DNA of 63,895 nucleotides, the filler included, from Cladosporium halotolerans (lineage: Eukaryota), in assembly GCF_011745625.1 (NCBI RefSeq). It is 26 parts of 26 records of this genome, joined end to end, with 100 filler letters (N's around TTAATTAATTAA, not from the genome) between each part and the next. Parts side by side here need not be neighbours in the genome. Positions count along the whole stretch, not along the records: positions 21,076 to 23,500 come from NW_027191767.1; positions 23,601 to 25,978 come from NW_027191768.1; positions 26,079 to 28,432 come from NW_027191769.1; positions 28,533 to 30,885 come from NW_027191770.1; positions 30,986 to 33,333 come from NW_027191771.1; positions 33,434 to 35,780 come from NW_027191772.1; positions 35,881 to 38,223 come from NW_027191773.1; 19 more parts are not named here. One strand, 5' to 3'. Below the pieces are notes generated by a model that saw only the letters and a list, made by a program, of their open reading frames with translations, did not search any database and was not told where the DNA came from. Of the stretch, positions 23,240 through 35,976 are shown piece by piece. A program made the position numbers and the translations under genes. Every line of letters begins with the position of its first letter. Positions within the stretch are counted from its first letter, which is position 1.

Positions 23240-23500
23240 ATGCATATCCTGGCAGGTAAGCAGGTATTCGGTCAAATGGGCTCGGAGACGATTGTTAAAA
23301 GCATTCACAAGGTCGTTGAACCATTGATTGCAGCCTACATACGAAATAAAGGACATCAGCAACAGTTCAAGGACGGAAAGTTCATGCTGACCAATTCCGC
23401 CGGCCTTACCATTTCCCCTTTGGTGTGGCCAGCAGGCGTTCTTCCTGGATCAGAGGCGGTTTTACGCATCACATCCGATCTCGATGACAATTTCAATGGG
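23240..23500 (+). CDS. Possible fungal ubiquitin-like domain fragment
   Basis: GKFMLTNSAGLTISPLVWPAGVLPGSEAVL resembles the G.Y.L....I.P..W...V.PG pattern; runs off the contig. Confidence 0.35.
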
Positions 23501-23600
23501 NNNNNNNNNNNNNNNNNNNNNNNNNNNNNNNNNNNNNNNNNNNNTTAATTAATTAANNNNNNNNNNNNNNNNNNNNNNNNNNNNNNNNNNNNNNNNNNNN

Positions 23601-23798
23601 CAGATCGCCCGCGCGTTGACGATCATTGGTGTAATTGTTGGAGACCGCAAAGATGCTGTCGAGATGATGGAACTTGCCAAACGAGGCATCGTCAAGACAT
23701 ATTTCCGCACGGCCAAGACGCAAGACTTGACGGCTGTCTTTCGGGAAATAGAGGCTGGACGCATGACAGGAAGAGTCGTTCTCGACCTGAGAAATTAG
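23601..23798 (+). CDS. Zinc-type alcohol dehydrogenase, C-terminal fragment
   Basis: IIGVIVGDRKDAVEMMELAKRGIVK...GRMTGRVVLDL*. Confidence 0.85.
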   Translation, partial: QIARALTIIGVIVGDRKDAVEMMELAKRGIVKTYFRTAKTQDLTAVFREIEAGRMTGRVVLDLRN

Positions 23799-24198
23799 CC
23801 ATGCAATAAGCCATTGTGAAAGAGCATGTTGACACAGTAGCAACAGTCTTCTCTCCACCATGACATGTGGGACAAGGAGGTATGGAAATACCGCGCAAAT
23901 TTCGTCTGCTATCAAGATAGATACTCCCGTTGGAAAGGCTCGACGGCAATACGAGTAAGTGTACTGATCTCTGGCAGATGACGAGACGAGTGAAACGACA
24001 TGAAGCGATGGATAGACACTGTTTGCAACACAGACACGCCGTTGAACGATTTGATTCGGAGAAGATGGACTTGCTCTCACGTTTTGCGCACGGGTAACTT
24101 TAGTTGATTAGACTGATCAGATATCCAATCGGCTTTCCCTTTGTAGGCAAATTCTACTTTCCCTGGAGTTTCCATGCACTGGCTCGTGTCTGGAAGTA

Positions 24199-24996
24199 TC
24201 ACTTCCAAAAGTCGTCCATGTTTACTTGGGGAGCTGGTGCTCCCGGCATCTCTTGCTCTAATTTTTCGCAGCCTTTGATGACTTGCTCGCCCAAGATCCA
24301 CGCATTCCCGCGTTCGAATGCATAATCTCCGTTGCATGCAATATCTGTTGCACCAAGGCCAATGATCTTATTGAAAACAAGCGGACCATCGTATCGGAAG
24401 TGTTCCGGATAGCAAACGATGCGTCGATCTCCGCGCCTGATGCAGAAAAGCGGTGCAACTCCTTTCGGCTGAGGGTACGTCCGATCATTGTTCGTGACCG
24501 AATATCGCAATTCTTGAAGATCGGTGAGCCGTGAGTTGTTGTGATTGGAAGATGTGCCTGCCGGAAGATTGGGCATCTGGATGCCATGTCCAAAAAGAGC
24601 TCCCTGACGTACAATGCATTCTTTTCCAACGTCGATATCTCCCCCCTGCATGATGACATGCTTGTAGCCGGGAGTCGAGGTTCGGAATGGCGAGTCCCAT
24701 TTCATGGGCGCGCTTATGCCCGGTCCCTCCACTTCGATCACATCTTTCCCTGGTCTTCGAATGAATGTATAGCCGCCGTGGGCTGCAGCGAAGCACAGAG
24801 CTCGACCTTTCTGTACCACAAGTGTGCCACCTAACCACACATTGCCACTGTCGACACGAACATCTCTTGACTCGTATATCCCGTCTGTGACCGGTAGGTT
24901 CTTGGTTGCATCGCTTCCATCGAGGATTGTGAATCGAGCTGCTTCGCGATTGACGCGGTAGCCAGCATGAGTGATTGTGTACGATGTTTCATTCAT
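24199..24996 (-). CDS. Hypothetical intronless 265-aa beta-rich protein
   Basis: ATG-to-stop ORF; TATA-like ATAAATA about 80 nt upstream; no family recognised. Confidence 0.6.
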   Translation of the reverse strand: MNETSYTITHAGYRVNREAARFTILDGSDATKNLPVTDGIYESRDVRVDSGNVWLGGTLVVQKGRALCFAAAHGGYTFIRRPGKDVIEVEGPGISAPMKWDSPFRTSTPGYKHVIMQGGDIDVGKECIVRQGALFGHGIQMPNLPAGTSSNHNNSRLTDLQELRYSVTNNDRTYPQPKGVAPLFCIRRGDRRIVCYPEHFRYDGPLVFNKIIGLGATDIACNGDYAFERGNAWILGEQVIKGCEKLEQEMPGAPAPQVNMDDFWK

Positions 24997-25881
24997 GATG
25001 CTGAAGATTCTGGAAGATGAGCCGAACTCGTTGTGTAGTGAAAAGGAAAGGAATCAGGGGCCCAGTCTTGAGGTATTTATGATGGAAGAAGCGACCCCTA
25101 GAAGATAGGGCTCTGTGCAGGAAGCTCATGGAATGCAACCGACCTGTCCATCCGGAAGCATCCTTGCACAGCCGCAATCATCGACTTGGGGACGCTGATT
25201 AGGCTCATTTCGACCGTCCGCTCATCCCTGCGAATGATCTCAGCGCTGGCCATCCTGATCACCCACAGGTCGATCCGTACAGTCAGTCCCGACCCACCGG
25301 ACGTCCCTACCTGACGCACACGCTACGAGTTGCCTTCATTTGAACCAGGTGCACTTCCACGGCCACGTATGCTATTTATCCACAACCCGTAGCATGCTTG
25401 TCTTGACGCGTTTGCGCATCTATAGAATCTAATAAAGGCATATTTCGGGCCTCATTTGACTACACCACGAAGTCTTGAACAGATAGCTTCGTTCAACCCG
25501 CAAGATTGGCTTTTCAGAACCTCTTGCCTTGAGCTTGCACTTCGAGCCGTGCGCCTTTCAAACAGGGTCATGCCATTTCACGGCTTCGAGCGTATGTCAG
25601 TGGGATGGCGGTAGCACAAAGAGCAGGGGCTTCTGCAGGGGTCTTTGAAGCATGGTTCGGTCTTTCGCAACGCGTGAAGCCAGGGTTCGGCCAGCCAGCA
25701 CCCAGCCATTTGGGCTGATCCGGTCACACGGCTCTCTCAGCTCCGCCAACTGAAGATACCAGTGAGAACGATTACAACCCCTGCAACGCGCTTACGCCAC
25801 GCTATGGCCGAGACTATCGCTGGTGCACATCGGTTGTTGAGGTATGGAGAGTAGATCAAGGCTTGTTTGAATGGTGCATCT

Positions 25882-25978
25882 CAGGGTGTTCATCAGACAG
25901 ACAGACAAGATTTTCGGGAGTGTCTGGTCTGCTTACCTAAGGAGCGGTGGCTTGTCTGTCTGTCTGAGAAATGGCAAT
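25882..25978. mobile_element. Terminus (likely 3') of hAT family CAGGGTGTTCATCAGAC
   Basis: Identical to 59299-59394; TIR matches the end at 38042 upstream of a hAT transposase. Confidence 0.9.
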
Positions 25979-26078
25979 NNNNNNNNNNNNNNNNNNNNNN
26001 NNNNNNNNNNNNNNNNNNNNNNTTAATTAATTAANNNNNNNNNNNNNNNNNNNNNNNNNNNNNNNNNNNNNNNNNNNN

Positions 26079-26174
26079 GATTGCTGATTGATTTCTGATT
26101 GAGCGCCCACCTGACTGATTTGATTCCTGATTGAGCTTCACCTGATTCTGAATATTCAAGATTCAAGATCTATG
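26079..26174. mobile_element. End A of hAT-like family CATAGATCTTGAATCTTGA
   Basis: Identical to 33435-33530; TGATT subterminal repeats. Confidence 0.85.
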
Positions 26175-26192
26175 GTGCTGAGAGATGTGAAA

Positions 26193-28334
26193 TCAAACTT
26201 GATACTTTTTCTCAGCACCCGTAGTCACACCGCTATCGCTCGCAGTCTCTTTCGGTTCCACGGCGTCGATAGTCTCAAAATCAGCAGAGTCATGATTTTC
26301 AGTGGTCTGGTTGGTAGACAGAACGTATTCCTCCTTGTCGATGTGTCGGAAGCAGAAGTACTACAGATCTGTCAGCAGAAGTCTTGGAAGGATATCAAAC
26401 GATAGACCTACGAAGAAGACAGTTACGACACCACCGAGGATGGCTGGCCCTCCAAAGTCCCATACGAGATGCGGGTCAGTGATGACGGAGGAAAGGGCCA
26501 GGTTGATGACATAGGCGAATCCAGTGTTGAGTAGATTGATGGCGGACACCAGACCTCTCATGTTCACGGGCGCGCGTGAGTATGCAATGCCGTAAGCGGG
26601 CACGTTGATGAACAGCTCGGAGAAACCACCTAACGCGTACGGAATGGCTGCCCACCAGAGCGAGATAGGCGAGACCAGGCCATTGTCAACGCAAAGAGGG
26701 TCGGTACTTCCGTGCCAACCACAGGGGTTGGATTGGTATGCTTTGTAGCAAAGTACCGTGTAACCGATGCCGGCCAGAGTGCTGATGAAAAAGCCCGTGG
26801 TGATACGAGCAACAGGTCCATAATGGATGCGAGCACTGCGAAGTGCCGGATACAGTCCGTACTGTGGATGCAACGGTTAGGAACGAGTTTCGAAAGGGTG
26901 GATTGTGGGAGACTCACGTTCAAGCATGGGCCAAGCAAGATGATGCTTAGCGAGTTAAAGTTGCTGATAACATCGTTGGGAACACCGTTTCCCGTGAGCA
27001 TGGTGGTCAGGAAATTGGCCGAACTTCCGATTCTAGTAGCTAAAGTCAGCATACATCTACCGCCTAACATTTTTGGTGAGGATTGCTTTACCCATTATCA
27101 TTCCAATATTGTACAGGAAAAAAACAGAACATGCCAGTGGCTTGCATAGTCCTCTTGACGTCCTCGACAAACTCGTCGTTGTAGTGAGTCTCGGGCTTGA
27201 GCCCTTTTGCGGCGATAACGGACGGTTTCGCAGCATCCCACCACCCGTGGCGCCCAATCCTGAAGACACCGCCGCGAGCAAGACAGTGCCCCAGAACCCT
27301 GAAAGAGTTTGGCAAATCGGATCCACCCGGCTTGTGCAGAACCAGGCGAGGCTTGAGCCACATTAGCATAAACGGCAGAGGGATATAGAGGATCAAAGGC
27401 AGCAGGAACGCAAGCCACCAGCCAACATCTCTTGCGCAGTAGGAAGTCGCAGTTGACATGAAGGCGCCGATGTTGATCAGTAGGTAGAACCAGAGCATGA
27501 CACGCTCAGTGCTGTGTTCGGGATCCTCAATGACACGCTCGCCAGACTTCAGAGTGATGATTTTGGGCACGTGAGATTTCATCTGATCCAGCAGCAGTGG
27601 TGTGACGTTGGGTTTAAACATAGCTAGAAAAATAGGGTTAGGGTCATGCTTTCGTGCCACTGCAGTCGACCTATACGTACCAGCACCGACAGCAAGGATG
27701 TAAACGCCAATGAAGAAAGGAATCTTGGCTGTCTCGTTCTCGATGAGGGTCTTTGCGCCACCAGCGACGATGAGCACGTGCCCTACACCGCAAAGAATGA
27801 TGCCCCAGAAAATCATTGGGTAGCGCCCAAATTTGGAGTCAGCGAGGTATCCAACTACCAAAGGCAGGCAGTAAGCGATAAGACTGAAGGACTGGGTGGT
27901 TGCATTCGCAATCTGTTCTCCAAGGCCTAAAGCACCTTGGGTGGCCTGGCTACCAGCGGGTACAGCGCCATATCCATTTCCGCCTTGGGGCAAGGGGCGG
28001 TTGATGTAGTTCGTCCAGATCTGAGCGCAGCCTTTCGAGCTCGTCAGCCGCAAAGTCATCGTAGTCTTTTTTCAGATGACACACCATAGTAGGACGCTCT
28101 TTCGCAGAATTCGACAGCGCATAGAAGATATGCAACAGTTGGGAGAGACCCTGGGACACGGCGGAGGGTGTTCAGCTCCTCGAGGGTAGGTTTGCCTTCG
28201 TAGTCCGCGTTCAAGATTGCGACATCGTACTGCGGTTGCGGAGAGTTGTCTTGTGTGGCCGTGACATCGTAAGAGAGCCCATCGGCGCTCTTACCAGCAA
28301 TCTTCTCTGCTGTAAAGTGTGAGCGAAACGACAT
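26193..28334 (-). CDS. POT/PTR2-family peptide transporter (multi-exon)
   Basis: VEFCERASYYG; GYLADSKFGRY; FKPNVTPLLLDQ; FYLLINIGA; AYSRAPVNMRG; last exon YFCFRHIDKEEY...KKYQV*. Confidence 0.92.
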
Positions 28335-28335
28335 C

Positions 28336-28432
28336 CAGAGGTGTGCACAATCAATTTTTTACTTGACAACTTGATTGATTGATTGTTGACTAAGCAATCA
28401 ATCAAGTTGCACCTCATGACCAATCAATCAAT
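28336..28432. mobile_element. Terminus of hAT family CAGAGGTGTGCAC
   Basis: Matches 18329-18427. Confidence 0.9.
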
Positions 28433-29590
28433 NNNNNNNNNNNNNNNNNNNNNNNNNNNNNNNNNNNNNNNNNNNNTTAATTAATTAANNNNNNNNNNNN
28501 NNNNNNNNNNNNNNNNNNNNNNNNNNNNNNNNAATGGTGGAACACTGCGCCGTGGAGCTTTGACGGGGCAAGACGAGGATGGCCAACGCTCCAGATCGCC
28601 GTCTTTTGGTGGCTGCCCTGGTCATGCCGACTAGGGCCAACAATCACATGCAGGTGCCGCGCGTCCACGCTCCATTGCTCTACCGGGGTTTCTCCACCAC
28701 TACAAGTCTTTCAGGTAGGCGGGCCTGACTTCCCTAAATCACACTCCGGCGTCGAGCTGTGTCGGGGCAGACGGCCCGGAAGCTTCAGGGCGGGCAACTC
28801 CGCCTTTGTCTGGCGGATTTGCTGCACTTTGGCGAGAATGATCCATTTCACGTGATTGGTGTTGCAAATTTACCTTCGTCTCTCTGACGGCGACCGTGGT
28901 TGAGTACACATCACGCAATCCAAGGGCACTGTCGGCGTGGGCGGTTTCTCGTCTTGCTGCGCCTGCAACCTGGACGCTGACCACCTAACGCAACGCAGGA
29001 TGTTTAGGAGCATTTAAATACTGAAATCCTGTTTAGTACTGTACTTTGGATCTCCACACACCGATTGCGGAACCTCGGTCCAGCGACGGCAACGAATATT
29101 GAGAGGATACCATGAGCAGCCGTCCGATACAGTAAGTAGGGTCTGAGAAGAGAATCAACTCATTTAGCAGCCTTGTCCGGGGACCAAAACTTTAGAAATG
29201 ATTTTCCAACCTCGAGACATCTCAATCGCTCAGCAAGTATAGCGGTATGTCTACGACCACAGGTAACGCTACAAATTCTCTGTTGTCTCCACCAATTGAT
29301 ATTATCCTGCCACTGGCGCGACATCTTCAAGCGGACAGACTTATCGTGCTGTATCCGCACCGGTTCATGGGACGCAGGCATTGCGGAGTACTCAGGCTAT
29401 TGACTTGTTTGTAGGCTTCAGGTCGAGACAAAGAGATGGATCGAGTTGGAGCAATGGTCCGTCAAGGTGGAGGATTCAATGACCAAGCGACTCTTCGGAG
29501 TAGGCTTGGGCAAACTTCTTTGTCTTCAGTGGCCTACGCAAGGATGAAATTCAGCGCGGAGTCCTGCGTCATGCGGAGGTTCAACGTGAC

Positions 29591-29980
29591 TTACGGATCG
29601 CGTACGCATTGAGTACACCACTTGTGCTCGCATTCGGGGCATAATTGGTTTTGCACAAGACTCGCCCTGCACCGTTCGCACGCCCAACGCACTCTTTGGC
29701 GCGTCTGCTTCTCGACTCTCTGCAAGGTTGGGCACTCCTGGAGGCTCTGTTCGTTTCTGGGATGAACCAAGGATAACAGCAGGTGCGTTCTCTCGTTAGG
29801 ATTTGTTGCACTGCCAGTATGATCGCTTCGTTCCATTCGGGCCGGGGCGGATTTTCGACGTGGAGGGTTCGTAATTGTGGCCATAGCAGTAAGAATTGAA
29901 GATGCCGATGCCTTGCTGTTACAGAAGGAGAGGGAGGAGACTGATAAATATATTCTCCGTGGGACAGCATGGTAGGGCAA
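29591..29980 (-). pseudogene. Cys-rich zinc-ribbon protein remnant
   Basis: RVRWACERCRASLVQNQLCPECEHKWCTQCVRDP; upstream part looks degraded. Confidence 0.35.
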
Positions 29981-30457
29981 ATCGAAAGTTGATCAATATC
30001 CGTCTTTGGGAGGTCGAAGCACGAGAACTCTACTGTCGACGGATTTGGACCCGCTTGAACCTGAGTCTAATGTAAACTGGACACCACGCACCTATCATGC
30101 ACTGTAACGTACTCGAATCACGACACGATGCTGATCCTCCGCACTCAGCAAAGTCACATCTTCGTCTTGTACAGCAAGGTCATTCGGAGCAAACGATTGC
30201 CGCGAATCAAGCAGTGCGGCGACGGGGAAGCGAGCGCTAACGTTACTATTGTTGCATAACGCCGTCGACGCTGAAGGCAGAGTAGTGGAGTTCCTCCGGC
30301 AACACCTTGCTACAAATCTGCGACAAGTTGAGACTGAGACATTCATCGATAAGTTGTTCAGGTCAGGACTTTTGCTCGATGTTCGGAACCTTTGTCGCTA
30401 CCGTTGTGATGGACTACGTTCGTATCAAATGCTAGCCAACGATTTGGATTTCCACAC

Positions 30458-30885
30458 CTAGATTTGTAGTTCCGCATTGTCTAAAGGCCAGTCTTGTCGA
30501 ATTTGGGAAACCGCCACTTCCTCAAACGCAATACCTCTCAACCTCTTCTTCACTTGTAAGTTGCCAGTCAGATTCACTTTGACGTACTCATACAGGTTGG
30601 GTCTGACCGCCACCTCGCTCCAGCTTCTCATCAGTCGACGCCAATAGCACGCCTCGGCTGCAAGGGTCAGGTATCGATCACGAAAATTTGCGACCGCATT
30701 GTCCGCGATGCGCTGGGCCGCCTCCCTGTCTCCAAACAAGTACCGTATATTTGTTTCGATGTCGGAGAAGTCTCGTCTCACAGATACAAAGTTCTGGTCG
30801 GGCCCATCAGGATTCAAGAGGTGATAGTAATGCGTCGTCCACTCGAGCTCATGGACAAAGGTCACGCTCCTGCAATTCAGCAGGT
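30458..30885 (-). CDS. CAP10 / glycosyltransferase family 90 protein, C-terminal fragment
   Basis: LLNCRSVTFVHELEW; NFVSVRRDFSDI; AQRIADNAVANFRDRYLTLAAEACYWRRL. Confidence 0.85.
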
Positions 30886-30985
30886 NNNNNNNNNNNNNNN
30901 NNNNNNNNNNNNNNNNNNNNNNNNNNNNNTTAATTAATTAANNNNNNNNNNNNNNNNNNNNNNNNNNNNNNNNNNNNNNNNNNNN

Positions 30986-31081
30986 GTTCACCATCTGGTC
31001 AAATGGTTCTTACATGTCGAGTTGCCGGTTGGTGTCGGTTTGACCACAGAACCAGCACCAACCGAACCAATAACAGCACTG
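30986..31081. mobile_element. Terminus of hAT-like family CAGTGCTGTTATTGG
   Basis: Reverse complement of 13183-13278. Confidence 0.8.
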
Positions 31082-33235
31082 ATCCCTTCCACCGTTTCAG
31101 GGGAATTTCACCTGCTAACCACTTCATTCTACCCTAGTGACACTGTCCCGGCGCGAAAGCGCCGGGCCATCCACCGCAGTCCATCCCAGACGCGCAAGTC
31201 CTCCACCGAAGTCAACAACGCAACTCCTCTGTCCAGCTGGGCACCGCCAGGTCTGTCCCCCACAACATCGCATCAGCACTCCGTGAGTGATGATACCCCA
31301 TGCTAATTAGAGCCCCATTGCGGAGAGTCCGCAGCCGGTGAATTTTTTTTAAGTAATCGGCTGCCATGACCTCGGGCTATGAGAATAACAAAACGCTTCT
31401 GCCGTATTGTTTGAAGGTTGACCAATTCCTGTCTGACACGCCACTTCTCTGCTTTTCGGACGATTCCCCGTCTAGGACGTTGATCCTGCTAATAAATTGC
31501 TTTCCCCCAGGTTTGCCCGGTCAAGCGCAAGCTTCCGCAGGCCCTTCCATCGAAGCGAAGCACTCAAGGTCAGTACCAGACAAGCACCGCCCCCGTCGCG
31601 AACAAGGCATCCCCGCCGTCATTATAAACATAACAAACGTTTGAGCGAAGGCTATGATACTTTCACCTTAAGAGTCTGATTGAAAAATCTTCACTGCCTC
31701 CCCACACGCTCCCCTTTAGAATGATCACACGCGCTGACCATCGTTGGCCAGAACACCCCAGAACAATCGCCATTTCAAGACCCTCCGCCGCCATTGGAGA
31801 CAACGTATGTTCTCAACGTCCTCCACAACAACCCTTCCTTCACGATGACCTCACGTCATTCCTCATCCGATGCTCCCTGACGATCCGACCTATCTGAGAC
31901 AACTCTCATAAACGCTTGCACCTTCGAATCTATAACCGCCTCTGAGCACTTTCGCTGACTATCGATCATTCAGTCCGAGTCCCTCCACGAGAGAAACCGC
32001 GTCTCATTCACCGACCGCCAAACCCGGGAGCATTCAGGTCAGTCTAATCTACCCTCCGCGCACCGCCTCCCTCCCCAACCCAATCTAGCAAGATGATATC
32101 AAGGACTTGTTGACCCCTAGGAGGCTGAGAACATCAATGTGTCAAAAGCGACACATTCTGAGTCTAGCTGCACTCTCCTGCACTTCCCGCTCGATCTTTC
32201 AGCCCGAAGGCCTTTGCTGACGGTCGATCCTCTAGGATCAGCCACCCGATCGAGCGATACCAAGACTTCGAACCTCGTCAAACGACGCACTGACAAGGCA
32301 AGCAACCCACCCTTCCCACTCAGCAAATTCTCCCCCTACACGCACGATGATCAACACACAAGTAGATTTGTCACTACCTTCCGAGCTTCGCCCTGCGGAT
32401 CCCATTGGAGTCTGACGCGGAAGCAATCTCTCGTCGCACAAGCTTTTCTCACGCCGGACTTTCACTGACAAGTCTCAGCAGCCAAAAACCAGAACCAGGA
32501 CTGCCTCCCCTCCCATTGCAGTCCGCCACTAACCCCCACGCGCAATGATGACACATCCCTCCACCAATCCTCAACGCTGCGCTGCACTGCGGCATGGCGC
32601 TACGGAAATAAGGTGGAGACTTCTGAGCGCGCCCTTCTAAATATTGCTTTCACTCCGCTCAATTTTAAAGACACTGACGCGCTCGCGAAACAGTCTCAGC
32701 ACAAGCTTCCTTCATCCAAAGCGCTCAGTGCGTCAGACAACACAGCAAGCAAGGTACGCTACCCACCCACCGCGTCCTCCTCACAACAGCACCCTATCTT
32801 ACTCTTCCCCTCACGCGCAATGATGGCCAGCCGGTGAATATTATTGATCCTCCAACCATTAGCGAAAGCGTGGCAATGGGTTGAAGAGAACTTCGTAAAA
32901 GACACCCATCTTGCCGCGCCCCGTTCTTGCTGTCGTGTTCGCTTGCTTGCATACTTGATCGGCGCTGACATGCTTTTCAGGGGAAACAGACTCGCGGCAG
33001 CTTCGCGGAAGGCCATCAACGCGTCGACTCTCCTCGACTCCCAGTCGCTCGACGCTCCACCGCGATCGGAGCGTCGAACCACATGGAACGTGGTCGGAGG
33101 AAAAGCGTGGACTACAGAAGAGCAAGGACCAGTACAAACAAGGCTGGCAATCCATTCAGTACACCAGCGTCACCCATTTGCAATGTGCACTTCAATGCTC
33201 ATCACAGCGCAGCGAGCGGGAGAGAGCAAGGGAAG

Positions 33236-33333
33236 CAGAGAGTACACCGACAGTCATGTCCAATAATTTTGCCATGTTCATGTCATGTGCAGTGGGAAAA
33301 ATCTATGTTCATATTCATGTCGCGTCATGTGCA
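33236..33333. mobile_element. 3' terminus of another copy of the hAT at 2726-5344
   Basis: Reverse complement of 5247-5344. Confidence 0.92.
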
Positions 33334-33433
33334 NNNNNNNNNNNNNNNNNNNNNNNNNNNNNNNNNNNNNNNNNNNNTTAATTAATTAANNNNNNNNNNN
33401 NNNNNNNNNNNNNNNNNNNNNNNNNNNNNNNNN

Positions 33434-33530
33434 TGATTGCTGATTGATTTCTGATTGAGCGCCCACCTGACTGATTTGATTCCTGATTGAGCTTCACCTG
33501 ATTCTGAATATTCAAGATTCAAGATCTATG
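33434..33530. mobile_element. End A of CATAGATC family
   Basis: Matches 26079-26174. Confidence 0.85.
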
Positions 33531-33944
33531 GACCAGACATAACGTGCGATACAATGTTTCAGGTCTGGCACGCTTTAATGAAGCTCAATTGTTTAGTAGT
33601 AACGTTCCAGCAGATGTTTCGACGAAACAATAATCTGAAGGAAGCGAAGTAGTTTTCGATCGTGGATCTAAAGCAGCTAATGAAGCCTTCCAGAGCTCGT
33701 TCCCCGCAATATGCAAGAGTGGCCTGTCTTCCCTTGCTACCCAATAATAACAATACACCATTAATACCAACCCGCTCGCCGGAAGCGCTTTTTGATCAGG
33801 TGAGCATCAGGTGACAACTCTTGAACCTTCAATAAGTACGATTCGACTCGAAGCTCGCTCGATGAATGTGCTGTGATTCTGAGTTGCGATCCACTCATGA
33901 GACGAAATGCACTATCTACACACCCAGCCTAGCAGAAAGATCTG

Positions 33945-35684
33945 ATGAATGTAAACGCAAGCTCCGGATCACAGTATGTCGCAGGGCAGTATGGCTCTTT
34001 CAATACTCAGAACAATTACTACGCTGTGAGCAAAGCATCATGTGAGCTTAAGAATTACTCACTCCGTATGCAAATCGCTGACTGCGTGATGGTAAAACAG
34101 CGCACGGTAAACGTCGCGAGGCTTTGTTTCACAGTGATCCTCTGATTGATCGAACCAATCTCCTAGAAGAGAAAGGTGGTATCACAGCCGGCACATGCGT
34201 TTGGATGAAGGAGCATGCGGCTTATTTGTCATGGCTACACGGAAATGACAAGACATTGTGGATATGTGGTGGCCCTGGGAAAGGAAAGACAATGCTCTCA
34301 ATCTACCTTACCATGGAGCTCGAACGACACTCTCGAGTCATATTCTACTTCTTCAGCCACAAGACAGGGGGCAGGAATACTGCCACTGTTGCCCTTCGAG
34401 GCTTGATTTGGCAACTTCTCCGACGGTACCCTGACCTGGAAAGTCTTTTGGAGGAATACCTGGATCCTGTCCTGCAATCTTCACGCAATAATTCTACTCT
34501 GGCCTCAAAAGGCACTCTATGGCGTCTGACTCGAGAGCTTCTGGAGCGTCTTCCTAATGCCACGGAGCCTATTTACTGTGTACTCGATGGTCTTGATGAA
34601 TGCAACGATGCCGATGCGTCGTGGCTTGTCAAAAAAATCACTACAAGGGAGGGCTTGCAAGTTCCACCACCAAATCTGAGACTGGCTGTCGTGAGCCGTC
34701 CCTCCTCCAAGCTCGGCTTGCGAAATTGCATCAAGATCCAACTGGATCCTGACAATGACAACAAAGTTCATACAGACATCCAAAGGATGATATCAGATAA
34801 GATGTCTGATCTTGGTAGCAGAGGCATTGCGGGATTCGACGGAGAGACGCGCGAAATGGTCAAACGCAAGCTTCTCGAGCGGGCCCAAGGTACCTTCCTC
34901 TGGGTGGGGTTTGCCGTCCACGAACTTCTGAAGTGCACGACAACGACGGAACTACTTGAGCAGATTGAGATTGTGCCATCGGGATTGGATTCTATGTACG
35001 CTCATATAGTCGATAACATCAACCCGAAGCATCGAAACACTGTGGCGCGAGTCATTCGCTGGGTTGCATTGGCGGAGCGCTCGCTGAGGATATCTGAAAT
35101 TCGAGGGCTCGTCGCGCCTTCAGAAAACGCCACTGATCCCATATCACAAACGACTAGCGATGTCATTCGAGCTTGCAAACCAATGGTCATTGATCAAAAG
35201 GAGCACTTAATGCTGGTACACCAGTCCGCTAGAGACTGGCTGCTGCTCAAGGACCGAAGAACTTATTGTCCAGACGACGAAAGTGATCAGTTTCGATTTC
35301 ATGCAAAGAAAGTGCACTTGGAGATGGCAGATTTGTGTCTCCATCATCTATCATCGAAGGGTTCTCTCGCTGGATACGCAAAAGAGCACTGGGCTACGCA
35401 CGCAAGAGGTGCGCCCGAGCAAGGGAGATGGTTGTTTGAGCATCATGCCGAAATCTTTGGAGAGCCATCCGAGAAGTCGAAAGAATGTTGGAGGAATATG
35501 TTACCCTGGAAAGACACAAGGGCGATCAATCACGTTGCTCATCCTGTGCAGTTGCCCCTACACCTTGCCTGCCAACAAAACCTTTCTACCTGGGCTTGGC
35601 TAATCACGACTGAAAACTGGTGGAAATTCGACTCTCGTAGGCTATACTCCGTCCGAGATTGCTTCGGTTGCACAGCTCTGTGGC
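33945..35684 (+). pseudogene. NACHT-ankyrin NLR-like (HET-E-like) gene truncated by a TE; probable intron 34042-34100
   Basis: GTCVW; Walker A GGPGKGKT; Walker B VLDGLDEC; GTFLWV; VHQSARDWL; ankyrin start PLHLAC..RDCFGCTAL cut at 35685. Confidence 0.88.
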
Positions 35685-35780
35685 CATAGATCTTGAATCT
35701 TGATTTTCTCAATCAGATAATCAATCAGGTAATCAATCAATCAGGTCCCTGATTGAGCTCGGACCTGAATAATCAGATTC
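35685..35780. mobile_element. End B of CATAGATC family
   Basis: Shares the 19-bp TIR CATAGATCTTGAATCTTGA with end A; reverse complement of 35881-35976. Confidence 0.85.
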
Positions 35781-35880
35781 NNNNNNNNNNNNNNNNNNNN
35801 NNNNNNNNNNNNNNNNNNNNNNNNTTAATTAATTAANNNNNNNNNNNNNNNNNNNNNNNNNNNNNNNNNNNNNNNNNNNN

Positions 35881-35976
35881 GAATCTGATTATTCAGGTCC
35901 GAGCTCAATCAGGGACCTGATTGATTGATTACCTGATTGATTATCTGATTGAGAAAATCAAGATTCAAGATCTATG
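35881..35976. mobile_element. End B of CATAGATC family, inserted in a hAT transposase
   Basis: Matches 35685-35780. Confidence 0.85.

Noticed and set aside
27633..27644. TAGGGTTAGGGT as a telomere (also ~10829)
   Set aside because: Only about two units, internal, and one lies in a PTR2 intron.
30090..30370. PWI-domain remnant (DADP...TFIDKLF)
   Set aside because: Too short and too degenerate to call.
35685..35976. Large inverted repeat spanning the gap
   Set aside because: Two separate contigs each ending in the same TE terminus, adjacent by chance.
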